From Prochlorococcus sp. AG-679-M23 (GTDB lineage Bacteria; Cyanobacteriota; Cyanobacteriia; PCC-6307; Cyanobiaceae), in assembly GCA_003208875.1 (NCBI GenBank), contig QCUR01000001.1, positions 1-64,000 on the forward strand: a DNA stretch of 64,000 nt, read 5' to 3'. A program made the position numbers and the translations under genes. Of this stretch, positions 39,088-51,330 are shown piece by piece (the stretch's first letter is position 1; every line of letters begins with the position of its first letter). A model generated the notes under the pieces. It saw only the letters and a program-made list of their open reading frames with translations. It made no database searches and was not told where the DNA came from.

Positions 39088-40890
39088 TTAGTAGTTAGCT
39101 CCACTCTTACGGTGATGAACGGCAGTTAGACTATCGGATTTTAATATATTCCCGTGCAAAACCTCAGCATATATTACCCAATGATCTCCGCATTCCATTC
39201 TTTCTTTTACAGAGGCATCCAACCACGCTAATGACTTAGGAATTATTACTTGATCATTAGGTGTGAATTCAATATCTAAACCTTCAAATCGATCTTCCCC
39301 TGGTGAGAAAGGTTTTGTAAACCTTTTTAAAGGTTCCCTGAAATCTTTTTCGCAAAGAATATTTAAGGCGAAAGAGTCCCCTTTTTGAAGAAGTGATTCT
39401 ACTGATCTATCTTTTGCTACTGAAATACTCAATCCAGGAGGAGAAAAACTTGCTTGGCTTACCCAAGATGCAAGCATAGCTCCTTTTACATTATTTTCAT
39501 CTTTTCCTTTTGATGCAGTTAGAACACACAGTGAACCAAGTACTCTTCCTAAAGCTTGCAATGTTGGATCAGTTTTACTGGATATCATTCCGGTATCTGA
39601 TTTTCTGATATTTTGTTTTGCTTTTTTTAAAATTTTTCTCCCAAAATGAGTACCAATTTCTTCTAGTTCTTTAATCTTTGGTTTATTAGGACTAAATTTT
39701 ATTCTTATTGGATCAAAACTAAATTTAAATCCACCATCTTTTAATTTTGTCTCAAGCAAATCTATTGCTTCTCCGCTCCATCCAAAACTACCGAAGATGC
39801 CTACTGGTTTATCTCTATTACCCTCTGATAACAAAGTTCCTAGAGCACTTACTATTGGAGTTGGGGCATGTCCCCCTAAAGTAGGTGATCCGATTAGATA
39901 TCCATCAGCTTTTTGAATAGATTTTATAAGTTCATCATTAGATGTAAATTCACAATTAATACTTTCAACTTCTACTGAAGTTCTATTTACACCTTTCGCT
40001 AATGCATCACCTATTGAGGCTGTATTGCCATAAGCACTAGCGTATATCAAGACGATTTTAGGATTGTTTGTTGAAAGATTTTCTCCCCATCTAATGTAGT
40101 CATTTAAAAAGCTTTTTAAGCTGTACTCAATTGCTGGACCGTGCAGTGGAGCAATAGTTTTAATGTCTAATTCAGAAATTTTTTCAGATATTGATACGAT
40201 TTGATTAGACATTGGTGCCATAAGACAATCATAAAAATGTTTTCTATCAATTTCTGTACTCATTCTGTTGCTTTCTGACCATTCTTCAGAGGCTAAATGT
40301 GCAGAAAATATTTTTTCACTTAAAAGAATTTCTTGATTCTCTTCATATATGATTAATCCACCCGGCCACCGGGCAGTTGGTACAGGAATTAGTTTTAATG
40401 CAATATTTTCTAGTTCTAGATAAAGTTCTTTTCTTACGATGTTAATTTCAGGTAATTCTCGCTCAATAAAAGTTTTTGAATTTGGATTTTTTTGATTCCA
40501 AAGTTCACTAATAAGCTTAAAACCAGGATTCGAACATGTGAGAGTTAAGTTACTGAATTGGACACTGATTGACTTTATAGTTTCAATAATTTTAGGATTT
40601 ACATGACCAGTAATTATGTTAATTTTGTTGAATTTGAACTCATCATGAAAATTTGAAATTACTTCATTAATTAATTTTGAATATTCTTTTTCAGGTGGAT
40701 GAACAATGAAAAAATCATTATTACTTATGATTAAAAAGGTATTAAATGAAGTTCCTTTCTCAAGATTAAATTCGAGCTCAAACCTTTCTTTGTTTTGATC
40801 AAGAAATCTGATGCAAATAAAATTTTCAGTTATTTCATATATCGATAAGTTTTTATTTTCTAAAAGTGAACTTGTATTAATTACTGACAT
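39088..40890 (-). CDS. flv1: Flavodiiron protein, Flv1-type (non-canonical diiron ligands)
   Basis: Lactamase, flavodoxin (SAYGNT, GSPTLGG) and flavin reductase domains. HxExDH is replaced by HVNPKI. Confidence 0.8.
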   Translation of the reverse strand: MSVINTSSLLENKNLSIYEITENFICIRFLDQNKERFELEFNLEKGTSFNTFLIISNNDFFIVHPPEKEYSKLINEVISNFHDEFKFNKINIITGHVNPKIIETIKSISVQFSNLTLTCSNPGFKLISELWNQKNPNSKTFIERELPEINIVRKELYLELENIALKLIPVPTARWPGGLIIYEENQEILLSEKIFSAHLASEEWSESNRMSTEIDRKHFYDCLMAPMSNQIVSISEKISELDIKTIAPLHGPAIEYSLKSFLNDYIRWGENLSTNNPKIVLIYASAYGNTASIGDALAKGVNRTSVEVESINCEFTSNDELIKSIQKADGYLIGSPTLGGHAPTPIVSALGTLLSEGNRDKPVGIFGSFGWSGEAIDLLETKLKDGGFKFSFDPIRIKFSPNKPKIKELEEIGTHFGRKILKKAKQNIRKSDTGMISSKTDPTLQALGRVLGSLCVLTASKGKDENNVKGAMLASWVSQASFSPPGLSISVAKDRSVESLLQKGDSFALNILCEKDFREPLKRFTKPFSPGEDRFEGLDIEFTPNDQVIIPKSLAWLDASVKERMECGDHWVIYAEVLHGNILKSDSLTAVHHRKSGANY

Positions 40891-40907
40891 CTTTAAAGAT
40901 TTATTTT

Positions 40908-42683
40908 TTAGTAGTGATTAGCAACTTTCCTATGATGAACGGCTGTTTTACAGGATAAATCAGAAACGCTCCCATTTTTAACTATACCGTAAATAATCCA
41001 ATGATCTGGAGTTTCTAATCGTGAACTTACTTTACAATCTAAAAATGCGAGAGAATCAGAAAGTACTGGTCCACCATTTGCGATATTGTTCACTACATCT
41101 ACATCAGCAAATCTATCTGCTCCAGGTGCAAATCTTTTTAAAAAATGTCTAAACATTTTTTGATAGTTATCTTCTCGTAAGATATTAACTACAAAACCTT
41201 CTCCAACTTGCATATAAGATTCAATAGCTCTATCTTTTGCTACTGCAACTGTAATGCCTGGCGGACTGAAACTTGCCTGACTGACCCAGCTTGCTACCAT
41301 CGCGCTTTGTCTAAAAGTCGAACCTTCTCCCTGGCTAGCTGTAACTACATATAAACCCCCACTTAATCTCCCTAAAGCTTTATCCAGATTTGAATCAAGG
41401 CTTTTCATTGAAGCAATATTTTTCTTCTTATTAATTAATTGTCCCAAGTCGGTTCCAGCTTCTTCAAATTGTTGATAGATAATAGGATCTGGAATATTTT
41501 TAACTCTTAGAGGTGAAAAGGCTTCTTTTTGTCCTAATTCTCTCAACTTGCTTGCTAATGAGTCTATCGGTTCATCATTTCCTCCAAAAGCATCGTAAAC
41601 TGCCGTAAATTGTTTAGGCTTTAATGCGGCAAAAAGAGTGCCAAAAGACTCTTTTAATTCATTATCAGACTTAACTGGCCAGGTTGGGATTACTACGGCT
41701 TTAGATTCTGAAATTAAACCTGTTAATTCCTGAGAATCTGAAGATCTTAAATCAATTAATTGAACCTGTGCATCTGCCTTACTTATTCCGTGAGATATAG
41801 CTTGACTTAATCGATCACAATATCCATAATCACTGATGTAGCAAACAGATACAAATTCATTGCCTTTACTCTTGTTACTACTCCACTCTGAATACTTTTC
41901 TTTCCAAAAATTTACTTGATTGTGAAGTAATGGCCCATGACCCACAGCTATAGTTTTAAGTCTAGGTAACTTATCTATTCGTTTGATAGCTTGTAGAACA
42001 CTTCTTGCGTTCGGGCCCATAAGGCAATCGTAATAAAAACGAAAATCTTCATAAATTTCTTTTTGATCATTATCAAAAAATTCATCAGAGCAATAATGTA
42101 ATCCAAAAGCATCGCATGTGTATAAAACATTCGTACCGTGATCGTAGGAGAAAATGGTATCTGGCCAATGTAAATTTGGCGCACTTATAAATTCAATATT
42201 ATGATTTACTCCACTTGTGAGGTTAGTTCCAAGATCTAAATATTGTCCACTTTTTACTTCTAAACTTTTAAATGGAATATGTATTTGATCCTCAATAAAT
42301 TTAAGCGCTAATTTTGAACCAACTACTATTATTTGTGGATTAAGAGTTAAAAGGTTTCCAATTAAACCTGAGTGGTCTGGCTCTGTATGACTTGTAATTA
42401 AATAATCAATTTCTTTGGGATTTACTTCTCTAAGTAATTGCTCAAACCATAGTTTTTCAAATTTAGCGTGGCTTGTATCAATTATTGCTAGTTTTTGGCC
42501 CTTAATGATAAAACTATTATAAGTAGTTCCATTTCTTAATCCAAATTCAATATCAAATCTACTTCGATCCCAGTCAAGAGATCTAATTGCAATTGTGTCA
42601 TCTGCAAAAACTTTCTGTTGCACAGATAATTTTTGCTCAACTTTATTCATCTCTGAAGTACTTGTTTTTGCAGAAGTTATCAT
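40908..42683 (-). CDS. flv3: Flavodiiron protein, Flv3-type
   Basis: HTEPDH, LHWPD, CDAFG and GHGP motifs plus a C-terminal flavin reductase domain. Confidence 0.85.
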   Translation of the reverse strand: MITSAKTSTSEMNKVEQKLSVQQKVFADDTIAIRSLDWDRSRFDIEFGLRNGTTYNSFIIKGQKLAIIDTSHAKFEKLWFEQLLREVNPKEIDYLITSHTEPDHSGLIGNLLTLNPQIIVVGSKLALKFIEDQIHIPFKSLEVKSGQYLDLGTNLTSGVNHNIEFISAPNLHWPDTIFSYDHGTNVLYTCDAFGLHYCSDEFFDNDQKEIYEDFRFYYDCLMGPNARSVLQAIKRIDKLPRLKTIAVGHGPLLHNQVNFWKEKYSEWSSNKSKGNEFVSVCYISDYGYCDRLSQAISHGISKADAQVQLIDLRSSDSQELTGLISESKAVVIPTWPVKSDNELKESFGTLFAALKPKQFTAVYDAFGGNDEPIDSLASKLRELGQKEAFSPLRVKNIPDPIIYQQFEEAGTDLGQLINKKKNIASMKSLDSNLDKALGRLSGGLYVVTASQGEGSTFRQSAMVASWVSQASFSPPGITVAVAKDRAIESYMQVGEGFVVNILREDNYQKMFRHFLKRFAPGADRFADVDVVNNIANGGPVLSDSLAFLDCKVSSRLETPDHWIIYGIVKNGSVSDLSCKTAVHHRKVANHY

Positions 42684-42797
42684 ACTATTATTCTTTTGTA
42701 TTATGACTTTAGTTAAATACAATATAAATCCGCGTGAATCTAAGTGTGGAATTACCGAATTTGTTTTTTAATCACTTCATTATTGATACTGTTATAA

Positions 42798-45458
42798 ATG
42801 AAATCTCAAACTAAAAAAACTCCAATTACAGGTGATGAGATAAGAAAAGAATTTTTAAATTTTTACCATGAAAAATTACATAAAATTATTCCAAGTGCAT
42901 CTTTAATTCCTGATGATCCTACAGTTATGCTCACTATTGCTGGAATGCTGCCTTTTAAGCCAGTTTTTTTAGGATTGAAAGAAAGGCCATCAAAAAGAGC
43001 CACATCTAGTCAAAAGTGTATAAGAACAAACGATATTGAAAATGTTGGAGTTACTGCTCGACATCATACCTTCTTCGAGATGCTTGGTAATTTTTCTTTT
43101 GGAGATTATTTTAAGAAAGAGGCTATTGAGTGGGCTTGGGAATTAGTTACTGATATTTATGGACTTTCTGCTGAGAATATTATAGTGAGCGTGTTTCATG
43201 AAGATGATGATTCGGTAAAGATTTGGAAAGAAGATATCGGGATTCATCCACAAAGGATAATTAAGCTTGGAGAAAAAGATAATTTCTGGTCTTCAGGGAA
43301 AACAGGTCCTTGCGGACCATGTTCAGAATTATATTATGACTTTAAACCAGAAAAAGGTCTTCAGAATATTGATTTAGAAGATGGTGATCGGTTTATAGAA
43401 TTTTATAATCTTGTATTTATGCAATATAACCGTGACCCTGATGGTCAATTGACAGATTTGAAATACAAAAATATTGATACTGGAATGGGGCTTGAAAGAA
43501 TGGCTCAAATATTGCAAAAGAAGAAGAATAATTACGAAACAGATTTGATTTTTCCAATTATTCAAAAAGCTTCTGAGATCTCCAAAATTGATTATTATTC
43601 TTCAGATGAAAGAACTAAAATCTCTTTAAAAATTATTGGAGATCATATAAGAGCAGTTATACATTTAATTTCTGATGGGGTAGTAGCAAGTAATCTTGGA
43701 AGGGGATACATTTTAAGAAGACTGATTCGAAGAATGGTTAGACATGGAAGATTGTTAGGCTTAAAAAATGAATTTTCATCGAAACTTGCAAGTGTAGGTA
43801 TTAAATTAATGCAAGAGAATTATCCAGATTTAAAAAATAATTATGACCATATATTGAGTGAGATAAAAATTGAAGAAATAAGATTTAGAGAAACTCTTGA
43901 TAGAGGAGAGAAATTACTAGATGAATTGATTTCATCTGGTCAGAAAATGATTACTGGGTTTAAAGCATTTGAACTTTATGATACTTATGGCTTTCCATTA
44001 GAACTAACAGAAGAAATTGCTCAAGAAAACAATATTGGTGTTGATGTTAAGGGTTTTGAAAAAGAAATGTCTGCACAAAAAGAAAGGGCCAAAGCTGCTT
44101 CTCAAATCATTGATTTGACATTAGAGGGTTCATTAGAACGCGAAATAGACTTATTTGATAACACTCTTTTTAATGGTTATGATTCACTCGATTCAGATGC
44201 AGAAATTAAGGGTATATTTTTGGAGTCAACCTTGGTTAAGCAAGCAAGTGAAGGACAGAAAGTTTTAATTGTCCTTGATCAGACTTCTTTCTATGGAGAA
44301 TCTGGAGGTCAAGTTGGTGATATTGGAAAGATATTCTCGAATGATCTAGAAGTTTTAGTTGATAACGTCATACGCAAGAAAAACGTTTTTCTGCATTATG
44401 GAATAGTTAAAAAAGGAATATTAAGTCTGGGACAAAAAGTTAAAACTAAAGTAAATGATTTGGCTAGAGCTAAGGCTGCGGCAAATCATACTGCTACTCA
44501 TTTACTACAATCTGCTCTCAAAGTAGTTGTTAATAAAAGCGTTGGACAAAAAGGCTCATTAGTCGCATTTAATAAATTACGATTTGATTTCAATTCTTCT
44601 CAACCTATTACAAAAGATCAAATTTTCAAAGTTGAGACTTTAGTTAATTCTTGGATTTTAGAAAATCATTCTCTTGATATTAAAAACATGGCCAAAAGTG
44701 AGGCTCTCGAGAGAGGCGCAGTGGCTATGTTTGGAGAGAAATATGATGATGTAGTAAGAGTTGTTGATGTGCCATGTGTTTCGATGGAACTATGCGGTGG
44801 TACACATGTAAAAACAACATCTGAATTAGGTTGTTTTAAAATAATTAGTGAAGAAGGAATTTCAGCGGGCGTAAGAAGAATCGAAGCATTGTCAGGGCAA
44901 TCAGCCTTTGAATACTTTAGTGATAAAAATTCTCTCGTAAGTCAACTAAGTGATTTGTTAAAAGCAAATCCTAATCAACTCCTGGATAGGGTTAATTCTT
45001 TGCAATCAGAGTTGATTAATAAAAATAAAGAAATACAAAAAATGAAGGATGAAATTGCTTATTTTAAATACTCTTCGCTAGGTTCTTCTGCAAATAAAAT
45101 TGGATCTTTTTCGCTGATTATTAGTCAACTTGATGGACTAGATGGAAATTCTCTACAATCTGCAGCATTAGATTTAACTTCTAAATTGGGAGATAAGTCG
45201 GTTGTGATTCTTGGAGGAATACCAGATAAGGAAAATAGAAAATTGTTATTTGTTGTCTCTTTTGGGGAAGACTTAGTTAAAAGAGGTATGCATGCAGGGA
45301 AATTAATTAATGATATTTCACGTATTTGCTCTGGGGGCGGGGGAGGTAAACCTAACTTTGCACAGGCAGGTGCCAAAGATATTGATAAATTAAATGATGC
45401 TTTGGAATATGCAAGAAAAGATTTGAGGACAAAACTCCTTAGTTATTCTGATAAGTAA
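42798..45458 (+). CDS. alaS: Alanine--tRNA ligase
   Basis: [32 protein letters not shown] and ELCGGTH motifs. Confidence 0.98.
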   Translation: MKSQTKKTPITGDEIRKEFLNFYHEKLHKIIPSASLIPDDPTVMLTIAGMLPFKPVFLGLKERPSKRATSSQKCIRTNDIENVGVTARHHTFFEMLGNFSFGDYFKKEAIEWAWELVTDIYGLSAENIIVSVFHEDDDSVKIWKEDIGIHPQRIIKLGEKDNFWSSGKTGPCGPCSELYYDFKPEKGLQNIDLEDGDRFIEFYNLVFMQYNRDPDGQLTDLKYKNIDTGMGLERMAQILQKKKNNYETDLIFPIIQKASEISKIDYYSSDERTKISLKIIGDHIRAVIHLISDGVVASNLGRGYILRRLIRRMVRHGRLLGLKNEFSSKLASVGIKLMQENYPDLKNNYDHILSEIKIEEIRFRETLDRGEKLLDELISSGQKMITGFKAFELYDTYGFPLELTEEIAQENNIGVDVKGFEKEMSAQKERAKAASQIIDLTLEGSLEREIDLFDNTLFNGYDSLDSDAEIKGIFLESTLVKQASEGQKVLIVLDQTSFYGESGGQVGDIGKIFSNDLEVLVDNVIRKKNVFLHYGIVKKGILSLGQKVKTKVNDLARAKAAANHTATHLLQSALKVVVNKSVGQKGSLVAFNKLRFDFNSSQPITKDQIFKVETLVNSWILENHSLDIKNMAKSEALERGAVAMFGEKYDDVVRVVDVPCVSMELCGGTHVKTTSELGCFKIISEEGISAGVRRIEALSGQSAFEYFSDKNSLVSQLSDLLKANPNQLLDRVNSLQSELINKNKEIQKMKDEIAYFKYSSLGSSANKIGSFSLIISQLDGLDGNSLQSAALDLTSKLGDKSVVILGGIPDKENRKLLFVVSFGEDLVKRGMHAGKLINDISRICSGGGGGKPNFAQAGAKDIDKLNDALEYARKDLRTKLLSYSDK

Positions 45459-47389
45459 CTACTTTTTCTTAAACTGGTTTCTATTTGGTCAATTAACTTT
45501 CGTGCTTCTTGAATAGTCAAAGTTTTATTATTGATAGCAGATTCAGTATTGACTCTTATTGATTCAACTAAATCATCTGAACTGTAATCTAATAACTCTA
45601 AAATTTCTGATTTGCTATTTTCTTTAATAATGTTTTTAATCTTATAAGAATTATCATCATTTATATCAATATGAATAACATTTGTATTTCCAAATAAATT
45701 ATGGAAATTTCCTAATGCTTCTTGATATGCTCCTGCCATAAAGATTCCTATTAGATAATCATTATTTTTTTCTGGAGGATGTAAATTTAAAAGTGATTTG
45801 ATCTTTCCATTGTCAATAAAACTATTCAGCTTGCCATCAGAATCACAAGTTAAATCCGCAAAGTTTCCCTTACAAAAGGGCTCTTCTAAGTGTCTATGAA
45901 TTGGAATAATTGGAAAAACTTGATTAATTGCCCAGGTATCAGGAATAGATTTAAAAACTGATAAATTTGCGTAATATGTTGATGCAAGCGTGTCGGTTAT
46001 TTCAGATAAATCTGGATGGTTAATTTCATCACTCTCCAATTGATTTGCAATCTCTTTTGCACAAGCCCATGTAAGTTCTTCCGCATACGCACGTTCTTCT
46101 AAACAAATAAATCCCAATCTAAAAGCGACTAAGCAATCCTCTTTAAATTTTTTAGCGTCATTCCATAATTCTATTATTTCAGATAAATCTTCTTTTTTAT
46201 ATCTAAGATTTTTTAGCTGATTAAGGGTTTCTATCAGATTTGTGATGATTAATGATTGTTTTTTGTTATCGGATACTTTGACTTGGGAGTTGACATGGCT
46301 TGTCCCTAAAATATTGAAAATTAAAACTGAACAATGACTGATTATCGCTCTACCACTTTCTGAGATTATGATTGGATGTTGAATATTATTTACTTCACAT
46401 GAATCTTTTACTGTTGCAATAACGTCATTTGCGTAGTTTTGAAGAGAATAATTTGTCGAAGTATTGGAGGACGTTTTAGTTCCATCGAAGTCTATTCCTA
46501 AGCCGCCTCCAACATCTATATATTTCATTGGTGCGCCTAACTTAGATAATTCAACAAATATTTGACTAGCTTCTTGTAATGCATCTTTAATTACTTTTAT
46601 ATCACTGATTTGGCTTCCAACATGGAAATGCAGCAACTTCATTTCATTTATTAGATTTGCTTCTTTGAGCTCTTTTATTGTTAGCATTATTTCTGGAATT
46701 GATAATCCAAATTTGGAATTATCTCCCACTGATTTACCCCACCTTCCACTACTCTTACTTGATAATTTTGATCTAATTCCAAGTATGGGGGTTGCTTTGA
46801 GATTTTTTACAGCTTCTATAATTCTTTGAACTTCATCTCTTTGCTCAATTACTATAATTGGCTGTTTACCAAGTTTTCTCGCTAATATTGCGCTCTCAAT
46901 ATACTTTTTATCTTTATATCCATTACAAATTAAAAGTGATTTTTGATTTTCAAGGATTGATAATCCAATTAATAATTCTGATTTACTTCCTACTTCTAAA
47001 CCAAAATTCCAAGGATCCCCATATTCAATGATTTTTTCCAAGACATTTTTTTGCTGATTACATTTAATAGGAAAAACTCCTTGATAAATATTTTTGTAGT
47101 TATAAGTTTCTATAGCTTGGCAGAAGGCATTATTTAATTCCGTAATTCGGTCTTTTAAAATATCGTTGAATCTTATTATTAAGGGAGTATTGATTTCTCT
47201 ACTTTTAAATTCCTTAACAAGTTTAAAAAGATCGACTTTTTTTTTGGATTTTCTATTTGGGCTTATCGATATATTGCCATCTGAATTAATTGAAAAATAT
47301 TTTTCTCCCCATTGATCAATGCCATATGTAGAAATACTATCTTCTATAGTCCAATTTTTATTTAATTTTTTTGTATCAAAATCGGTCAA
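45443..47389 (-). CDS. speA: Biosynthetic arginine decarboxylase
   Basis: [23 protein letters not shown] and TCDSDG motifs. Confidence 0.95.
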   Translation of the reverse strand: MTDFDTKKLNKNWTIEDSISTYGIDQWGEKYFSINSDGNISISPNRKSKKKVDLFKLVKEFKSREINTPLIIRFNDILKDRITELNNAFCQAIETYNYKNIYQGVFPIKCNQQKNVLEKIIEYGDPWNFGLEVGSKSELLIGLSILENQKSLLICNGYKDKKYIESAILARKLGKQPIIVIEQRDEVQRIIEAVKNLKATPILGIRSKLSSKSSGRWGKSVGDNSKFGLSIPEIMLTIKELKEANLINEMKLLHFHVGSQISDIKVIKDALQEASQIFVELSKLGAPMKYIDVGGGLGIDFDGTKTSSNTSTNYSLQNYANDVIATVKDSCEVNNIQHPIIISESGRAIISHCSVLIFNILGTSHVNSQVKVSDNKKQSLIITNLIETLNQLKNLRYKKEDLSEIIELWNDAKKFKEDCLVAFRLGFICLEERAYAEELTWACAKEIANQLESDEINHPDLSEITDTLASTYYANLSVFKSIPDTWAINQVFPIIPIHRHLEEPFCKGNFADLTCDSDGKLNSFIDNGKIKSLLNLHPPEKNNDYLIGIFMAGAYQEALGNFHNLFGNTNVIHIDINDDNSYKIKNIIKENSKSEILELLDYSSDDLVESIRVNTESAINNKTLTIQEARKLIDQIETSLRKSSYLSE

Positions 47390-47510
47390 TTTTAGTTTGG
47401 TGATTTATATAAGTTTTTGAAAATTACTCAAAACAATATCTTTTATTTTAATGATTACTTGCCAAGTTACCACCTAAAAGAAGAATATACATAGAGAGAT
47501 TACTAATTAA

Positions 47511-47969
47511 ATGATCAAAGAGAGAACGTTTCTTGCAATTAAACCAGATGGAGTTCAGAGAGGATATGTTTCGGAGATTATTGGAAGGTTTGAAAAAAAA
47601 GGCTTTAAATTGGTAGGTTTAAAACAATTAATTCCATCCAAGCAAATTGCTCAAGACCATTATGGGGTACATAGAGAGAGACCTTTCTTTAAGGATTTAG
47701 TCGACTTCATATCAAGTGGTCCTGTGGTTGCGATGATTTGGGAAGGAGAAGGGGTAATCCTAAGCGCAAGAAAACTAATTGGGGCTACAAAACCACTTGA
47801 GGCTGAACCTGGTACTATAAGAGGAGATTTAGCTATTGATATAGGTAGAAATATAATTCATGGTTCAGATGGAGAAGAAACTGCAAAATTTGAGATAAAT
47901 TTATGGTTTGATGAAGATGAAATATGCGATTGGGAAACTTCTGATTCTGAATGGCGATCAGAAAATTAA
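47511..47969 (+). CDS. ndk: Nucleoside diphosphate kinase
   Basis: [15 protein letters not shown] and NIIHGSD motifs. Confidence 0.97.
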   Translation: MIKERTFLAIKPDGVQRGYVSEIIGRFEKKGFKLVGLKQLIPSKQIAQDHYGVHRERPFFKDLVDFISSGPVVAMIWEGEGVILSARKLIGATKPLEAEPGTIRGDLAIDIGRNIIHGSDGEETAKFEINLWFDEDEICDWETSDSEWRSEN

Positions 47970-47981
47970 AGAAATTTATAT

Positions 47982-49085
47982 TTAAAATCTATTGAAACTA
48001 AATTTTTTAAGGAAAGTAGTTTCAATATTGTTGAGGGTTTTTTCTTGAATTAATTTGAACATAATATCGCTTGTAATTGCTGAAAAGAGCACTCCATTTC
48101 TGTAATGTCCAGTAGCCACATAAAGGTTGACGATTTGAGTTTTTCCAATTATTGGCTTTAAGTCAGGTGTACAAGGCCTGAATCCCCACCAATGTTCCAT
48201 TTGTGGCCAGTTTAATGCTTCTGGTAATAAAGATTTAATACCCTCTTGAAGTTGATTTATGCCCTTTGGGGTATTTCCTTGATTAAATTCGGCCTTATCT
48301 TCAACGGTTGCTCCAACAACTATAAGACCATCGTCTCTAGGAACTAAGTAAGTATTAGGACCAAAAAGAACTCTTTTAATAGAATTTTCTGGACCTTGTA
48401 TTGACAGCATTTGTCCCTTGACAGGAAAGATTGGTAAATTATTTAAAACTTTTTTACTCCAAGCACCGCAGCATAAAATTACTTTTTCCCCAAAAATATT
48501 TTTTATTTCTCCAGTAGCGTTTAAAACTTTTGCACCAAGAATTTTATTCTTTTCTAAAATTAATTCTTTTACATCTGCTCCTTCTTGGAACTTGACCCCA
48601 TGCAAAGAACATGCACGCTCAAGAGCACGCATAAGTCTCCTTCTATTATCTATTTGGCCGTCTTGTTCAAAAAGTAATCCATGCTTCCAATTTGTATTGA
48701 TTCCACTGATTTCTTTCTTTAGGTTTTTCTGATTTAAATATTTTCCATATTTATAAGTTTTGAATTTTTTCAATTTTTTTAAATTTTCAAACGGTACTAT
48801 TATTCCACATTTTTTTAATCCACAATCAATGCCACTATCTTGTTCGATATTTTTAATCCATTCTGGAATTAAATTTTGACTGTGTTGCCCAAATATGAAT
48901 AATTCATCTGTCAGTCCCTCAGCATGGGTGGCTAGCATTCCTGCCGCAACGAATCCAGCAGATTCGCTTCTGTTTTTACTTAAAACTTCAACTTTAAATT
49001 TTTTACGTGCAAATTCATAAGCAATAGATAAACCTATTAATCCTCCACCAATAATTAAAATTGTATTTTTAGTTTCTGATTCCAT
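47982..49085 (-). CDS. thiO: Glycine oxidase (thiamine biosynthesis)
   Basis: GGGLIG, AAGML, PVKGQ, GFRP and GHYRNG motifs. Confidence 0.88.
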   Translation of the reverse strand: MESETKNTILIIGGGLIGLSIAYEFARKKFKVEVLSKNRSESAGFVAAGMLATHAEGLTDELFIFGQHSQNLIPEWIKNIEQDSGIDCGLKKCGIIVPFENLKKLKKFKTYKYGKYLNQKNLKKEISGINTNWKHGLLFEQDGQIDNRRRLMRALERACSLHGVKFQEGADVKELILEKNKILGAKVLNATGEIKNIFGEKVILCCGAWSKKVLNNLPIFPVKGQMLSIQGPENSIKRVLFGPNTYLVPRDDGLIVVGATVEDKAEFNQGNTPKGINQLQEGIKSLLPEALNWPQMEHWWGFRPCTPDLKPIIGKTQIVNLYVATGHYRNGVLFSAITSDIMFKLIQEKTLNNIETTFLKKFSFNRF

Positions 49086-49165
49086 TTAATTATTTTTATA
49101 ATTTAGATATGTTTTGATCCTCTTTTACCTTATATCCAATAAGATTAAGAGAGGAATATTTAATA

Positions 49166-50638
49166 ATGAAAAATTTTGAACCTTGGGAAGCTGTTATCGG
49201 TTTAGAAACCCATGTCCAGCTTAATACTAAAAGTAAAATATTTACATCGGCATCAACTGCTTTTGGTGATGAACCTAATACTCATATTGATCCTGTTGTT
49301 TGTGGTTTACCAGGAACTCTCCCTGTTTTAAATAAGACTGTTTTAGAGTATGCAGTAAAAACTTCTTTAGCTTTAAATTTAAATGTGGCAGAGCATTGTA
49401 AATTTGATAGAAAACAATACTTTTACCCTGATTTACCTAAAAACTATCAAATCTCTCAATTCGATCAACCTTTAGCAGAAAATGGCTGGTTAGAAGTTGA
49501 AATAGCAGAAAAAGATAAAAAAACTTACTTAAAAAAAATAGGTATAGAAAGACTTCATATGGAAGAAGATGCTGGTAAATTAGTTCATGTAGGAAGCGAT
49601 CGATTGGCTGGCTCTAAATATTCATTGGTTGATTACAACCGCGCAGGTATAGCACTTGTTGAGATCGTAAGTAAACCAGACATTAGGACAGGTAGAGAGG
49701 CATCAGAATATGCTTCAGAAATAAGAAGAACTGTTAGATACCTTGGTGTTTCAGATGGAAATATGCAGGAGGGTTCACTAAGGTGCGATGTAAACATTTC
49801 AGTTAGGAGAGGTCCTAATGCCCCTTTCGGGACCAAAGTTGAAATAAAGAATATGAATTCTTTCTCTGCTATTCAAAAGGCTTGTGAGTATGAAATAGAA
49901 AGACAAATTGATGCCTATGAGAATGGAGGTGAAATTTATCAAGAAACTAGACTATGGGACGAAGCTAAGCAATTAACAAAAAGTATGAGATTAAAGGAGG
50001 GAAGTAGTGATTATAGATATTTCCCAGATCCTGATCTTGGCCCGATTGAAATATCAAAAGAACAAAAAGATCAATGGCTTAATGAATTGCCTGAATTACC
50101 TTCTAAGAAAAGACAAAAATATGTCAAAGAATTAGGCTTATCTCCATATGATTCAAGGGTTATTTCGGATGAAGTCTTTATGGCAAACTTCTTTGAAGAG
50201 ACCGTGGCAAACGGTGCCGATCCTAAACTTGCATCAAATTGGATAACAAGTGATATTGTTGGTTATTTGAAATCAAATAAACAAAGTTTTGCTGACTTAA
50301 AGCTAAGCCCTATTAACCTTGCAGAGATGATTAATATGATTTCTAAGAAAGTTATTAGTGGAAAAATAGCAAAAGAAATCTTACCAGAATTAATTCAAGA
50401 TAATATTTCTCCACAAAAGATAGTTGAAGAAAAAGGCTTGGCTATGATATCTGATTCTGCAAGTATTTTGGTAATTATTGAAGAACTTATTATTGAATAT
50501 CCTAAAGAAGTTAAATCTTTTAAAGAGGGAAAAACTAAACTACTTGGTTTTTTCGTAGGACAGCTTATGAAAAAAACTAAAGGTAAAGCAGATCCCAAAC
50601 TTGCTAATAAACTCATTTCTGAAAAACTAAATAGTTAA
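49166..50638 (+). CDS. gatB: Asp/Glu-tRNA amidotransferase subunit B
   Basis: IGLETHVQL, FDRKQYFYPDLPK and DYRYFPDPDL motifs. Confidence 0.97.
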   Translation: MKNFEPWEAVIGLETHVQLNTKSKIFTSASTAFGDEPNTHIDPVVCGLPGTLPVLNKTVLEYAVKTSLALNLNVAEHCKFDRKQYFYPDLPKNYQISQFDQPLAENGWLEVEIAEKDKKTYLKKIGIERLHMEEDAGKLVHVGSDRLAGSKYSLVDYNRAGIALVEIVSKPDIRTGREASEYASEIRRTVRYLGVSDGNMQEGSLRCDVNISVRRGPNAPFGTKVEIKNMNSFSAIQKACEYEIERQIDAYENGGEIYQETRLWDEAKQLTKSMRLKEGSSDYRYFPDPDLGPIEISKEQKDQWLNELPELPSKKRQKYVKELGLSPYDSRVISDEVFMANFFEETVANGADPKLASNWITSDIVGYLKSNKQSFADLKLSPINLAEMINMISKKVISGKIAKEILPELIQDNISPQKIVEEKGLAMISDSASILVIIEELIIEYPKEVKSFKEGKTKLLGFFVGQLMKKTKGKADPKLANKLISEKLNS

Positions 50639-50641
50639 TTT

Positions 50642-51256
50642 CTAGACAAGTTTTTTTATTGTATTTATCCATACTTTTTTATCATCTGAATTATCTAATA
50701 TTACATCAGAAAATTTAGATTTATCTTCAAAATTTAATTGAAGATTTATAATTTTCTCAGCCTCACCATCACTGATTTTATTTCTTTTCATAAGTCTTTT
50801 TTTTTGGATATCTTTTGGACATTTTACTAACCATATTTCAGTACAAAGATCCGTAAATTTTGCTTCAAATAGCAATGGGATAACTAAAAGTATAATTTTA
50901 TTTTTATCAAATTGATTACATTCTTCTATCATTTCTTCCTTTATTAATGGATGGAGAAGATTTTCAATCCATGATCTATGTATAGAATTTTCAAAAATAA
51001 TTTTTTTTAATAATGCTCTGTTTATTTCATTTCCTGAAGAATGCTGATCAACTATTTGAGGTCCAAAATAAGCGACAACTTTTTTATAGCAATTACTTTT
51101 CGGCTTGATTAGATCTTTTGAATATTGATCTGCATCCAATATTGGAATGTCTATATATTTTTTTATGTATTTGGCTATAGTAGATTTTCCACTTGCAATG
51201 CCTCCAGTAAGACCTATTCTTCGTTGTTTATTGTTTAATTTTGGGTGGATGCTCAT
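50642..51256 (-). CDS. coaE: Dephospho-CoA kinase
   Basis: IGLTGGIASGKST, DAD, LHP and IPLLFE motifs. Confidence 0.93.
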   Translation of the reverse strand: MSIHPKLNNKQRRIGLTGGIASGKSTIAKYIKKYIDIPILDADQYSKDLIKPKSNCYKKVVAYFGPQIVDQHSSGNEINRALLKKIIFENSIHRSWIENLLHPLIKEEMIEECNQFDKNKIILLVIPLLFEAKFTDLCTEIWLVKCPKDIQKKRLMKRNKISDGEAEKIINLQLNFEDKSKFSDVILDNSDDKKVWINTIKKLV

Positions 51257-51330
51257 AAATTTAATAAGAATCTATATTGCAGTGTTTTAATAGAAAGAAT
51301 AGTTATTATGAATTTAATTTATAAAAAAGA

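Noticed and set aside
39088..40890. Flavodiiron protein lacking iron ligands read as a pseudogene
   Set aside because: The ORF is intact, and non-canonical ligands are the known state of the Flv1-type partner of Flv3.
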